NCBI GenBank assembly: GCA_028280915.1
Contig: JANQKX010000147.1
Coordinates: forward strand, 1-35,866
Source of the DNA: Kiloniellaceae bacterium
GTDB taxonomy: Bacteria > Pseudomonadota > Alphaproteobacteria > Kiloniellales > Kiloniellaceae
DNA: 35,866 nucleotides
Direction of reading: 5' to 3'
In this document: piece by piece, positions 26,066-34,458 of the stretch
Layout: every line of letters starts with the position of its first letter
Position numbering within the stretch: the stretch's first letter is position 1
The notes under the pieces: model-generated
What the model saw: only the letters and a program-made list of their open reading frames with translations
Database searches by the model: none
Told to the model about the DNA's origin: nothing
Position numbers and translations under genes: made by a program

Positions 26066-27316
26066 ATGAGTCAGGCTGGTGCGGCAGGGACGATCGTCGT
26101 CGGCGCGGGCATCGTCGGGATCTGTTGCGGCTTGTCTTTGCTTGAAAAGGGCGAGGCGGTCACGCTGATCGATCGGGATGCGCCGGGGCAAGGCGCCAGT
26201 TACGGCAATGCCGGCGTGATCTCGCCCTGGTCCACTGTACCTCAATCCCTTCCGGGTGTTTGGAAGAGCATTCCCAAGTGGCTGCTCGACCCCGAAGGGC
26301 CGGTCGCGGTCCGGCCGGGCTATCTGCCAAAGGCCCTGCCATGGGCGCTGCGGTTTCTCCGGGCCGGCCGGCCGGACAAGATCACCGGGATCAGTGATGC
26401 CATGGCGGCGCTCACGGGCCCCAGCGTGGACCTCTACCGCCATCACCTCAGGGGCACGGGCCATGAGAGCCTGGTCAGGGATTCCTGGTATCTCCACGTC
26501 TACCGCCGGGCTGAGGACGCCCATTTGGGGGACGCCGCGGGGCGGCTCCGCGCCCGCCATCACACCCCGATGGAGGTGATCTCCGGGCATCAATTGCGGG
26601 ATATAGAGCCGGCGCTGTCACCGGATTTCAAAGCGGCGATCGTGATCCGCGACCAGGCAAGGGCCATCGCACCGGGGCGTATCGGCCAGGTGCTGGCGGA
26701 AAAGATCCAGGCCCTGGGCGGCCAGGTGCTGCGGGGCACCGTGCACCAACTCACACCCGGAGACAATGGCTGGACCGTGGACTCGGACCTGGGCAGCTTG
26801 ACGGCGTCCAAAGTGGTCATGGCGGCGGGCGCCTGGTCTGCCCGCTTGCTGGCCCCCCTCGGCCTGCGCCTGCCTCTGGAAGCGGAGCGCGGTTATCACT
26901 TGGTGTTCAAAAATCCCGGCGTGGTCCTCAACAACTCCATCATGGACGTGGACGGGAAGTTCGTGACCAGTTCCATGGATACGGGCGTCCGCAGCGCCGG
27001 TACGGCTGAGTTTGCCGGTCTGGATGCCCCGCCCGATTATCGCCGCGCCCGCATTTTCAAACGGCTGACCAAGCGCATGCTGCCCGACCTCAACACGGAA
27101 GAGGTGGAGGAATGGATGGGCGCGCGGCCATCGTTTCCGGACAGCTTGCCCTGCATCGGCGAGCTGCCGGGCTTGTCCGGACTCTTTGCCGCCTTCGGCC
27201 ACTCTCACTATGGCTTGATGATGGCGCCGGCGACGGGGCGGGTGGTGGCCGATCTGGTGTCGGGCACACGGCCGAACATGGACCTGGCGCCCTATCGGGC
27301 CGAGCGGTTTTCTTAA
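26066..27316 (+). CDS. FAD-dependent oxidoreductase of the DadA/DAO (D-amino-acid dehydrogenase-like) family
   Basis: N-terminal dinucleotide fold IVVGAGIVGICCGLSLLEKGEAVTLIDR, then GASYGNAGVISP. The C-terminus GHSHYGLMMAPATGRVVADLV is typical of the DAO family. Confidence 0.85.
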   Translation: MSQAGAAGTIVVGAGIVGICCGLSLLEKGEAVTLIDRDAPGQGASYGNAGVISPWSTVPQSLPGVWKSIPKWLLDPEGPVAVRPGYLPKALPWALRFLRAGRPDKITGISDAMAALTGPSVDLYRHHLRGTGHESLVRDSWYLHVYRRAEDAHLGDAAGRLRARHHTPMEVISGHQLRDIEPALSPDFKAAIVIRDQARAIAPGRIGQVLAEKIQALGGQVLRGTVHQLTPGDNGWTVDSDLGSLTASKVVMAAGAWSARLLAPLGLRLPLEAERGYHLVFKNPGVVLNNSIMDVDGKFVTSSMDTGVRSAGTAEFAGLDAPPDYRRARIFKRLTKRMLPDLNTEEVEEWMGARPSFPDSLPCIGELPGLSGLFAAFGHSHYGLMMAPATGRVVADLVSGTRPNMDLAPYRAERFS

Positions 27317-27334
27317 CAGGGGAGATAGATATCG

Positions 27335-28087
27335 ATGCTGATTGAGGGCGGGACCAACATCTGTGGTGTGACGATCGGGGTGCTGTGCCTGGATTCCCGT
27401 TTTCCCAAGCCGCCCGGACACATCAAGAATCCTTCCGGACTGTCCTTTCCCGTGCTCTATGAGACCGTGGCGGGCGCAACGGTCGCCGAACTCATCAACC
27501 GGCCCTCGCCGGAATTCATCGCGCCTTTTATTGATGCGGCACGGCGTTTGGAAGCGGATGGGGTGCGGGCCATCACCGGAAGCTGCGGCTTCCTGGCCTT
27601 GTATCAGCAGGAACTCTCTGCGGCGGTCTCGGTGCCGGTTTTTGCCTCCAGCTTGATCCAGGTACCGCTCGCCCAGGCCATGCTGCGGCCCGGGCAAAAG
27701 GTCGGTGTCTTGACCGCCGACGCGCGAAACCTGACGGAACGGCATTTTGCCGCCGTGGGCGCCGGCGGCGTGCCCGTGGCGATCGGCGGCATGGAAGACT
27801 CCCACGAATTCCGGGAGGTCATCCTGGAGGCCCGGCGGGATCACATGGACATTGAAAAGGTCCGCGACGAAGTCATGGATGCGGCGGCCCGCCTGGTGCG
27901 TGACAACAAGACCATCGGTGCCTTGGTGTTGGAATGCACCGACATGCCGCCCTACGCCGCGGAGATTCAGGAAAAACTCCGGCTGCCGGTTTTCGATCTG
28001 ACGACCTTGGCCACCATGGTCCACGATGTGGTCTCCCGCCAACCCTACGGGGGCCTGCCTCTGCGGCGTGCCGCCGTGAAAAGATAA
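27335..28087 (+). CDS. Asp/Glu/hydantoin-racemase-superfamily protein
   Basis: Two Cys-containing motifs spaced as in this superfamily: AITGSCGFL, and ALVLECTDMPPYA followed by LPVFDL. GGGGAGA RBS. Family call is by eye. Confidence 0.7.
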   Translation: MLIEGGTNICGVTIGVLCLDSRFPKPPGHIKNPSGLSFPVLYETVAGATVAELINRPSPEFIAPFIDAARRLEADGVRAITGSCGFLALYQQELSAAVSVPVFASSLIQVPLAQAMLRPGQKVGVLTADARNLTERHFAAVGAGGVPVAIGGMEDSHEFREVILEARRDHMDIEKVRDEVMDAAARLVRDNKTIGALVLECTDMPPYAAEIQEKLRLPVFDLTTLATMVHDVVSRQPYGGLPLRRAAVKR

Positions 28088-28130
28088 TCACCGTGAAAAG
28101 ATAATCACCGTGAAAAGATAATCACCGTCA
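28074..28130. repeat. 17-bp perfect tandem repeat CCGTGAAAAGATAATCA x3 plus a partial fourth unit
   Basis: Units at 28074-28090, 28091-28107 and 28108-28124 are identical, then CCGT... follows. Unit 1 contains the racemase-family stop (TAA 28085-28087). The partial unit abuts the TetR stop (28128-28130). Confidence 0.95.
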
Positions 28131-28766
28131 AGCGGTCGCTTTGGCCGCCTGATATCCGTGCCTTGCGAAGAACCGACGGACTTCCCGTTCGCTCGGCCGT
28201 TGCCCGGTGTAAACCTCCACGTAGTCGGGCATGCGCGCGATGCGCCCTTCCGGTGCTTCGGTGATCTGCATGGAGATGTAGCCGATCTGGGTGAAAACCA
28301 CCGTCATGGTGCGCACCTCGGCTTCGATGGCCGAATAGCCGAAGCGTTCGAACATGGCCTTCAAGGCCTGCTGCCGCTCCGCATCGGCCTTGTCCAGGCG
28401 CTTTTTCAAGACCGGGTCGGTCCGCGCCCAATTGCGGATGGCCAGGTCCAGTTCCGCGTCGAAAAGGTCCTTGTCCAGCCAGCAGTCAAAAAGATTGAAC
28501 ATGGCCTCGCAAATGCTCTCCGCATAAGCCTCGGTCCGCGCCACGAGATTCCCCGTATTCTTGTTCTCCCAGCGCTGGGTGATCGCCTCGAGCAGGGCTT
28601 CACGGTCTTTGAAATGCCAGTAAAAGCTCGTCCGGGACAGCTTCAGGCTTTTCGCCAGGGCCATGACCTTGACCGCATCCACCCCGGATGTGGTCAAAAG
28701 GTCATGGGCGGCATCCAGCCAGATTTCCTCCGATCCGCGCGGCGGCAGAACGTTTGCGGTTTCCAT
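28128..28766 (-). CDS. TetR/AcrR-family transcriptional regulator
   Basis: N-terminal HTH ...WLDAAHDLLTTSGVDAVKVMALAKSLKLSRTSFYWHFKDREALLEA... Divergent from the MttB-family gene. Confidence 0.85.
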   Translation of the reverse strand: METANVLPPRGSEEIWLDAAHDLLTTSGVDAVKVMALAKSLKLSRTSFYWHFKDREALLEAITQRWENKNTGNLVARTEAYAESICEAMFNLFDCWLDKDLFDAELDLAIRNWARTDPVLKKRLDKADAERQQALKAMFERFGYSAIEAEVRTMTVVFTQIGYISMQITEAPEGRIARMPDYVEVYTGQRPSEREVRRFFARHGYQAAKATA

Positions 28767-28805
28767 TTTTTACACCGAATTTTGATTTTCACTGATTGGA
28801 ACATA

Positions 28806-28823
28806 ATTGACATATATGTCAAT
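28806..28823. promoter_or_regulatory. Perfect 18-bp palindrome ATTGACATATATGTCAAT, a candidate TetR operator shared by the divergent tetR and mttB-like promoters
   Basis: Read directly. Lies 40 bp from the TetR start and 74 bp from the MttB-like ATG. A related half-site, TATGTCAA, recurs at 28836-28843. Confidence 0.6.
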
Positions 28824-28896
28824 CAAATGTACAGGTATGTCAAGTCAAGGCGGTTGCCATGGTTTCGCGCCAGTGACCGGAGCGAGGAGGAAGCTG

Positions 28897-30474
28897 ATGT
28901 CCGTAGCCGAGGAATCCGAACGCGCCGGCAAACGCCGGTCCCGCCGTGCTGGAAAGCGCGCTGAGCGGAGCGGGCAATCGGGCGAGAATCCGCATTTGCG
29001 GGTCCCCTACATCACCCGCCGCATTCCCAGCTATGACTTGGTGAGCGAGGAAAACCTGGTCCGGATCGAGCAAGCGGCGGATCGGGTTTTGGCCGAGATC
29101 GGCATCGAGTTTCGCGAGGACCCGGAAACCGTGCGGTTGTTCCGCGAAGCCGGTGGTGAGGTCACGCCGCTCGACGAGGATCGCTGGAACATTCGCTTTC
29201 AACCTGGCATGATCCGCGAGATCCTGAGAACCGCCCCCGCCCGTTTCACCCAGCATGCCCGCAATCCGAAAAACAACGTGGATATCGGCGGAGATGCGGT
29301 GGTTTTCGCGCCTTCCTATGGCTCACCCTTCGTCATGGATCTGGATCAAGGGCGGCGCTACGGAACCATTGCCGACTTCGAAAATCTGGTGAAGCTGGCG
29401 CAGGCCTCGCCCTGGCTGCACCATTCCGGCGGGACCATTTGCGAGCCCACGGATATCCCCGTGAACAAGCGCCATCTGGATATGGTCTATGCCCATATCC
29501 GCTTTTCGGATCGGCCCTTCCTGGGCTCCATCACCGCGCCGGAGCGGGCCGAGGACTCCATCGAGATGTGCCGGATCCTTTTCGGGACCGAGTTCGTCGA
29601 CCAGCATTGTGTCATCATGGGGAATTTCAACTCCACCTCGCCCTTGGTCTGGGACGGTGTGTCCACCCGGGGCATCCGCGCCTATGCGGCGGCAGGGCAA
29701 GGCTCGATCCACCTGCCGTTCCTCTTGGGCGGGGCCGTTTCGCCGCTCACCATGGCGGGGGCGGTGGCCCAGTGCCTGGCCGAATCCATGGTGGGCTGCG
29801 CCTTAACCCAGCTGGTGCGTCCCGGCGCCCCGGCTATCCTGGCCGGCTTTCTCTCCTCCATGTCCCTGCGTTCCGGTTCGCCCACCTTCGGCACGCCGGA
29901 GCCCGCCCTCGGCAGCCTGATCATGGGGCAGTTGGCCCGTCGCCTGAACATTCCCTTGCGCTGCGCCGGCAACTTCAGCACCTCCAAAATGCCCGACGGG
30001 CAGGCCATGCAGCAAAGCATGATGTCCATGATGTCGGCGGTGCAGGGTGGGGCCAACTATATCCTCCATTCGGCGGGCTTCCTGGATGGGCTTTTGTCCA
30101 TGTCCTACGAAAAGTTCGTGATGGACACGGACATGTGCGGCGCGCTGCACGCCTATATGAACGGCGTTGAGGTGAACGAGGAAACGCTTGGCGTAGAAGC
30201 CCTGGCCGAAAAAGGGCCGGGCGAGCATCTTTTTGGCTGCGCCCATACCATGCGGCACTACGAAACCGCTTATTGGGACAGTGCTCTGAACGATGATCAG
30301 ACCTACGAAACCTGGTCCGAACAAGGCAGCAAGGATAGCATGGCCCGCGCCAACAAGCGCTGGAAGGAGATCTTGAACACCTACGAAGCCCCGCCCCTGG
30401 ACGAGAACATCGACGGGGCGCTGAAGGACTTCATCGCCGGGAAGAAGGCGGCCATGGCCGATGCGTGGTATTGA
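28897..30474 (+). CDS. MttB-superfamily (trimethylamine methyltransferase-like) protein, non-pyrrolysine type; probable quaternary-amine methyltransferase
   Basis: About 525-aa uninterrupted ORF with no in-frame amber codon. N-terminal ...SYDLVSEENLVRIEQAADRVLAEIGIEF... and overall length fit the MttB family. ATG 28897 has a GAGGAGGA RBS. Confidence 0.8.
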   Translation: MSVAEESERAGKRRSRRAGKRAERSGQSGENPHLRVPYITRRIPSYDLVSEENLVRIEQAADRVLAEIGIEFREDPETVRLFREAGGEVTPLDEDRWNIRFQPGMIREILRTAPARFTQHARNPKNNVDIGGDAVVFAPSYGSPFVMDLDQGRRYGTIADFENLVKLAQASPWLHHSGGTICEPTDIPVNKRHLDMVYAHIRFSDRPFLGSITAPERAEDSIEMCRILFGTEFVDQHCVIMGNFNSTSPLVWDGVSTRGIRAYAAAGQGSIHLPFLLGGAVSPLTMAGAVAQCLAESMVGCALTQLVRPGAPAILAGFLSSMSLRSGSPTFGTPEPALGSLIMGQLARRLNIPLRCAGNFSTSKMPDGQAMQQSMMSMMSAVQGGANYILHSAGFLDGLLSMSYEKFVMDTDMCGALHAYMNGVEVNEETLGVEALAEKGPGEHLFGCAHTMRHYETAYWDSALNDDQTYETWSEQGSKDSMARANKRWKEILNTYEAPPLDENIDGALKDFIAGKKAAMADAWY

Positions 30475-32716
30475 GGTCGGGCATTTGAGATTGCATTGGT
30501 GCCGGTATTGCGGCTGGCCGGCAGCTTTGGAAAAGTTCGAAAGTCGTGCCGGCGTCATACTGCTTCATATAGGCGGTAAAATCTTGCGCGCTTAAAGGCC
30601 GGCTGAGGAAAAAGCCCTGAACTTCATCGCAGTCGTGCTTACAGAGAAACTTCAGAACTTCCTTGGATTCGACCCCTTCGGCGATCACTTTCAAGTTTAG
30701 GCTATGGCCCAGGCGGATGATGGCGGAGCAAATTGTTGCGTCCGCCCAGTCGGATTCGATATCGCGCACGAAGGACTGATCGATTTTTAGGCGGTCCACC
30801 GGGAAACGCTTGAGATAGTTCAGAGATGAATAGCCGGTGCCAAAATCGTCTATCGAAAGGCCCACTCCCAGGTCCTTGACCCGGTTGAGCATCTCGACCA
30901 TGTCTTGGCCGCCGAACATGACCATACCCTCGGTGATTTCCAGTTCAAGGACCTGTGGCGGCAGGGAAAACTCTCTTAGACATTGATCGATCTCTTCCGG
31001 CAGGGAGCGTTGCTTGAAATGAAGGGGGGACACGTTGACCGATACTCTCGGATTGGTCCACCCTTGGGACTGCCATTGCTTGATCTGGCGGCAGACGGTT
31101 TTGACGAGCCAGCGGCTCATGGGGATGATCATGCGCGTGGCTTCCGCGATTGGGATGAATTCGCCAGGCGAGACCATGCCGCGATTTTCATGTCTCCAGC
31201 GCATAAGCGCCTCCGCACCGATCACCTTGCCGTTGGCAAGATCGATTTGCGGCTGGTACTCAATGTACAGGTCGTCCTTTTCGAAGGCTTCACGCAGATC
31301 TTCCTCCAGGGACTGGCGGGCTTGAACTTCCGCGTTCAGAGCCTCGTCGAAGAGATGAAAGGTGCCGCGGCCGTTATCTTTTGCCCGATAGAGGGCCAAA
31401 TCCGCGTTGCGCAGAAGCTGGGCCGACGTGCCCGGATCATCAGGGAAAATGGTGATGCCCACCGAGGCGCCGGTCACCACTTTCCGGTCTTCGATGGGAA
31501 TCGGCTCGCTGAGCCTGTCGACGATCCGCCGGGCCAGGACCATGGCATCATGGCTGGATCGGATGTTCGTCACGACGATTGCGAACTCGTCACCTCCCAA
31601 TCGGGCGACCGTATCCGTTTCCCGGGCGCATTCGACAAGGCGCTCGGAAACGGCCTTCAGGAGTTGGTCGCCTGCCGGATGTCCGAGGGTGTCGTTCACG
31701 TTTTTGAACTTGTCCAGATCCAGCAGCATGACCCCGACCTGCCTGCCGGTGCGATTGGACTGGGCCAAGGCGTCGTTCAGCCGGCTCAAAAAGTGCGTTC
31801 GGTTGGGCAATCCGGTAAGGGAGTCCTCCAGGGCCAGGCGTTTGACTTCGGCTTCGGCCTTGATGCGAATGGCAATTTCGGACTGTAGGTTCTGGTTGGT
31901 TTTTTCCAAGGTCGCGGTACGTTCGCGAACCCGCCGTTCCAGGCTGTCACGGGCATCTTTCAAGTCTTGCTCAAAACGCTCCTGGCGCTTTTGCATGTCG
32001 TTGAATTCGCTGATGACGATGCCGATTTCGTCATTGCTGTCCCACTGGATCTCCTTGCGGGTCTGATGGGTCTTGATTTGATTGATGGCGTCCAGCAGGT
32101 GTCTTAGGGGCGAGTTGATATAGCGGTGAAACGCCAAAAGGGAGGCCAGCACCGACGCCGTCATCAAAAGGCAAACGACAAACAGATCCGTGAGAAGCCG
32201 TTTCGTGGCCGCCGCATAGGTCCGGGCTTGGGTGGCGACCAGGGTCAATTCTCCCAGAACCTTAACACCGTCGCCGCCGCTAAAGTCGATTGAGCTTGTC
32301 GTGGTGTGAAGTCTGTCGCCGGTTGCCGTGCCCCGTGTCGCCAGTGTTTGCCCCAGTTCGTCGGTCACCGTCGCGGCGATAAAGTCTTCGTCGCGTAAAA
32401 TGGACTCCAATATGAGTTCAACCCGGTCTGTCTCCAGATTCCAGACGGGTACCGCGAGAATTGAGCTCTGAATGGCGGCCACCTCATCAAGCTTTTTTTC
32501 CAGCTTGCTGTTTTCGGACCGGAAAGCGACGTATTCCCAGATGGCGAACAAAATCGCGGCAAACACGATGATGCCGCCCAGATTAAGCGCCAAAAACTTG
32601 AGGTGGAGCGAGCGCCAAGGCTTAGGATGCGTCGCCAAGGTCAGGTTTGCCTCGGCCGCGGGGCCTATGTTTTTTTGTTTGTTGCCGTCCGACACGCGCC
32701 GATACCCTGAACCCAT
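30431..32716 (-). CDS. Membrane-bound sensor diguanylate cyclase/phosphodiesterase: 2 TM plus a periplasmic domain, HAMP, coiled coil, GGDEF, EAL
   Basis: RLGGDEFAIV (intact GGDEF), EALMRW (EAL), DDFGTGYSSL, and two hydrophobic segments flanking about 130 aa. The 3' end overlaps the convergent MttB-like gene by 44 nt. Confidence 0.9.
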   Translation of the reverse strand: MGSGYRRVSDGNKQKNIGPAAEANLTLATHPKPWRSLHLKFLALNLGGIIVFAAILFAIWEYVAFRSENSKLEKKLDEVAAIQSSILAVPVWNLETDRVELILESILRDEDFIAATVTDELGQTLATRGTATGDRLHTTTSSIDFSGGDGVKVLGELTLVATQARTYAAATKRLLTDLFVVCLLMTASVLASLLAFHRYINSPLRHLLDAINQIKTHQTRKEIQWDSNDEIGIVISEFNDMQKRQERFEQDLKDARDSLERRVRERTATLEKTNQNLQSEIAIRIKAEAEVKRLALEDSLTGLPNRTHFLSRLNDALAQSNRTGRQVGVMLLDLDKFKNVNDTLGHPAGDQLLKAVSERLVECARETDTVARLGGDEFAIVVTNIRSSHDAMVLARRIVDRLSEPIPIEDRKVVTGASVGITIFPDDPGTSAQLLRNADLALYRAKDNGRGTFHLFDEALNAEVQARQSLEEDLREAFEKDDLYIEYQPQIDLANGKVIGAEALMRWRHENRGMVSPGEFIPIAEATRMIIPMSRWLVKTVCRQIKQWQSQGWTNPRVSVNVSPLHFKQRSLPEEIDQCLREFSLPPQVLELEITEGMVMFGGQDMVEMLNRVKDLGVGLSIDDFGTGYSSLNYLKRFPVDRLKIDQSFVRDIESDWADATICSAIIRLGHSLNLKVIAEGVESKEVLKFLCKHDCDEVQGFFLSRPLSAQDFTAYMKQYDAGTTFELFQSCRPAAIPAPMQSQMPDLNTTHRPWPPSSRR

Positions 32717-32721
32717 TCGTA

Positions 32722-33456
32722 CTAGGCGTATTTGGCGGCGATTTTATCGATGAAGCCTTCACGGCGCAGCTCTTCCAGCGTCTGGTTCATCCGTTGGATC
32801 AATGTGTCGTCCACATTTTTGTTGCAAGCCAGGCTCATGACCGTTTTGCGAAAGGTGAACAAGGGTTTGATGGCGACGCCCGCTTGTTGGGCCAGGTAGG
32901 GGCCCAGATACTGACCGGTCGCCCAAACATCGAAACGCCCCGCTGACAGCTTGCGCGCATTGACGAGGTCGTGGGACGCCAAATCCAGGCTGAAGCCTTC
33001 GTTTTCCAAGAAAACCGCAACCGCATCGCCCTTGTAGCCGCCAATGACAAACCGCCGCGCGTCATCGATGGAACGGATGTGGATGGTACTGTCCGCGCGC
33101 CCGAAGAATGTCCAGTTGTTCTCCACCAGGGGCCCGACCCATTTGAAGTTTGGCTTGCGCCCGGCCGTTTCGGTGGTTGAAAACACACAAGTCCCCTCAT
33201 TCTTAAGCGCCATGCCAAAGGCCCGTTGCCAGGGTAAAAACTTAATGGAGTAGGGCACTTTGGTCCGCTTCATGATCTCCCGGACGATATCCGTGGAGAT
33301 GCCGATGACACGCTTGGTCTCCCCGTCTTGCATGTTGAAGGGGGGATAGTTCTCCGTGGTCAGGACCAACTGGGGCGTTGCCGCCGCCAGGGAGCCAAAG
33401 GAAATCAGTATCGCGCTAGCCCAGACAAGAACTGATCGCCCTGGAGAGAATTTCAT
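32722..33456 (-). CDS. Periplasmic family-3 solute-binding-protein-like protein (amino-acid/opine SBP fold), coupled to the GGDEF-EAL gene
   Basis: Signal peptide MKFSPGRSVLVWASAILISFGSLAAA, then LVLTTENYPPFNM..., typical of SBP_bac_3. Its stop lies 5 nt before the GGDEF-EAL start. Confidence 0.8.
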   Translation of the reverse strand: MKFSPGRSVLVWASAILISFGSLAAATPQLVLTTENYPPFNMQDGETKRVIGISTDIVREIMKRTKVPYSIKFLPWQRAFGMALKNEGTCVFSTTETAGRKPNFKWVGPLVENNWTFFGRADSTIHIRSIDDARRFVIGGYKGDAVAVFLENEGFSLDLASHDLVNARKLSAGRFDVWATGQYLGPYLAQQAGVAIKPLFTFRKTVMSLACNKNVDDTLIQRMNQTLEELRREGFIDKIAAKYA

Positions 33457-34458
33457 TATTATTTCCTTAACATAGGACTTTAACAACTTGGCCAATCCGG
33501 GACGTTTTATATGCCTTTGGTAAAATAGACCTGAAATTCCTCAATATTTTTTGAGCCCGATCTGCAGGCGGGGGTAAATCAAAAAAATCCGGTGCAGCTG
33601 GGTCTCGGGGAAGGGATTGTCGGGCGCGTTTCCATTCGACTATTTGAGACAGTGCCCGGATCTAGGGCAAATTGGCTGTTTTTCTGCGCAGGTGAGATGT
33701 CTTTATCAAATTAAAAAATCATACCCTGGTATCGAGTTGGCGGGGGCGGGAGCCGGCGGCCACCGGTGTGGCCGTTAGGTGATTTTATGATTGAATATGG
33801 TGAAAAGAGGGTTGTTTGCTTTCCGGTTCATCAAGAGCCGGATCCATGGAACCAGCGACAAAACTGATCAGCATCACTTCCGTTTAACGGATTTAGCAAA
33901 GAATCCTGTTGTTTCTTCGATACAATTTTTAAAAGAAATTTGAGTTCATGCTGAGGATCATTTCCATGAAAAATAAGCGTAAGAAAAATTTCTTAAAAAG
34001 AGGGTAATTTTCATAAATTTTCGACAATACCCCAGATGGTAGTAGCGCGCTGATTAATTTCCTGTTCCACTGATTTTTGCGGGGCTCTAGCGGGCTTGAA
34101 AAGTGGGACACATAAAACCCTCGAGCGTGGTGAGCTGTGACTCTTCTATTTAATATCTCCAAAATACCCATTTTTCGGGATTAAATCGCATAGAAGAGCC
34201 CAGTTTGAAAAAAGTGGTGGCGGAGCAAGTGAAGGGCGGGTTCAAAACAGAGTTTAAATCATATTGCAGATTTAGCTTATTTGTTCCTTGCCTTACATGC
34301 CCGATCCGGGTGCGGATCAGGAAAATCTTTCTGGGAAAAATGTCACTGCAGCTTCAGATCGTGGTGTGATGGATCAGGGATCACATGTTCGAAAAGAGGA
34401 AAATTTAATACAACTTATTATTGTTGATGGAAAAGCGGCGCAAAAATGGGAGAGCCTC

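Noticed and set aside
26618-28042. 474-aa minus-strand ORF spanning two plus-strand genes
   Set aside because: It is antisense to the DadA-like and racemase-family genes, both of which have clear family motifs. It is Arg/Gly/His-rich low-complexity sequence, so I treat it as a shadow ORF.
28074-28130. Possible CRISPR array, on the basis of short perfect direct repeats
   Set aside because: The units are directly abutting with no spacers, are only 17 bp long, and there are only about 3.3 copies. No cas genes are present. I classify it as a simple tandem repeat.
28897-30474. Pyrrolysine (in-frame UAG) recoding in the MttB-family gene
   Set aside because: The reading frame is uninterrupted over about 525 codons. 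There is no in-frame amber codon, and no pyl genes are in the window. This is therefore a non-Pyl family member.
33929-34171. 80-aa minus-strand ORF in the AT-rich gap
   Set aside because: Its composition is driven by A/T runs (FF, KK, NN, LL stretches). It has no RBS and no recognisable family, so it is probably spurious.
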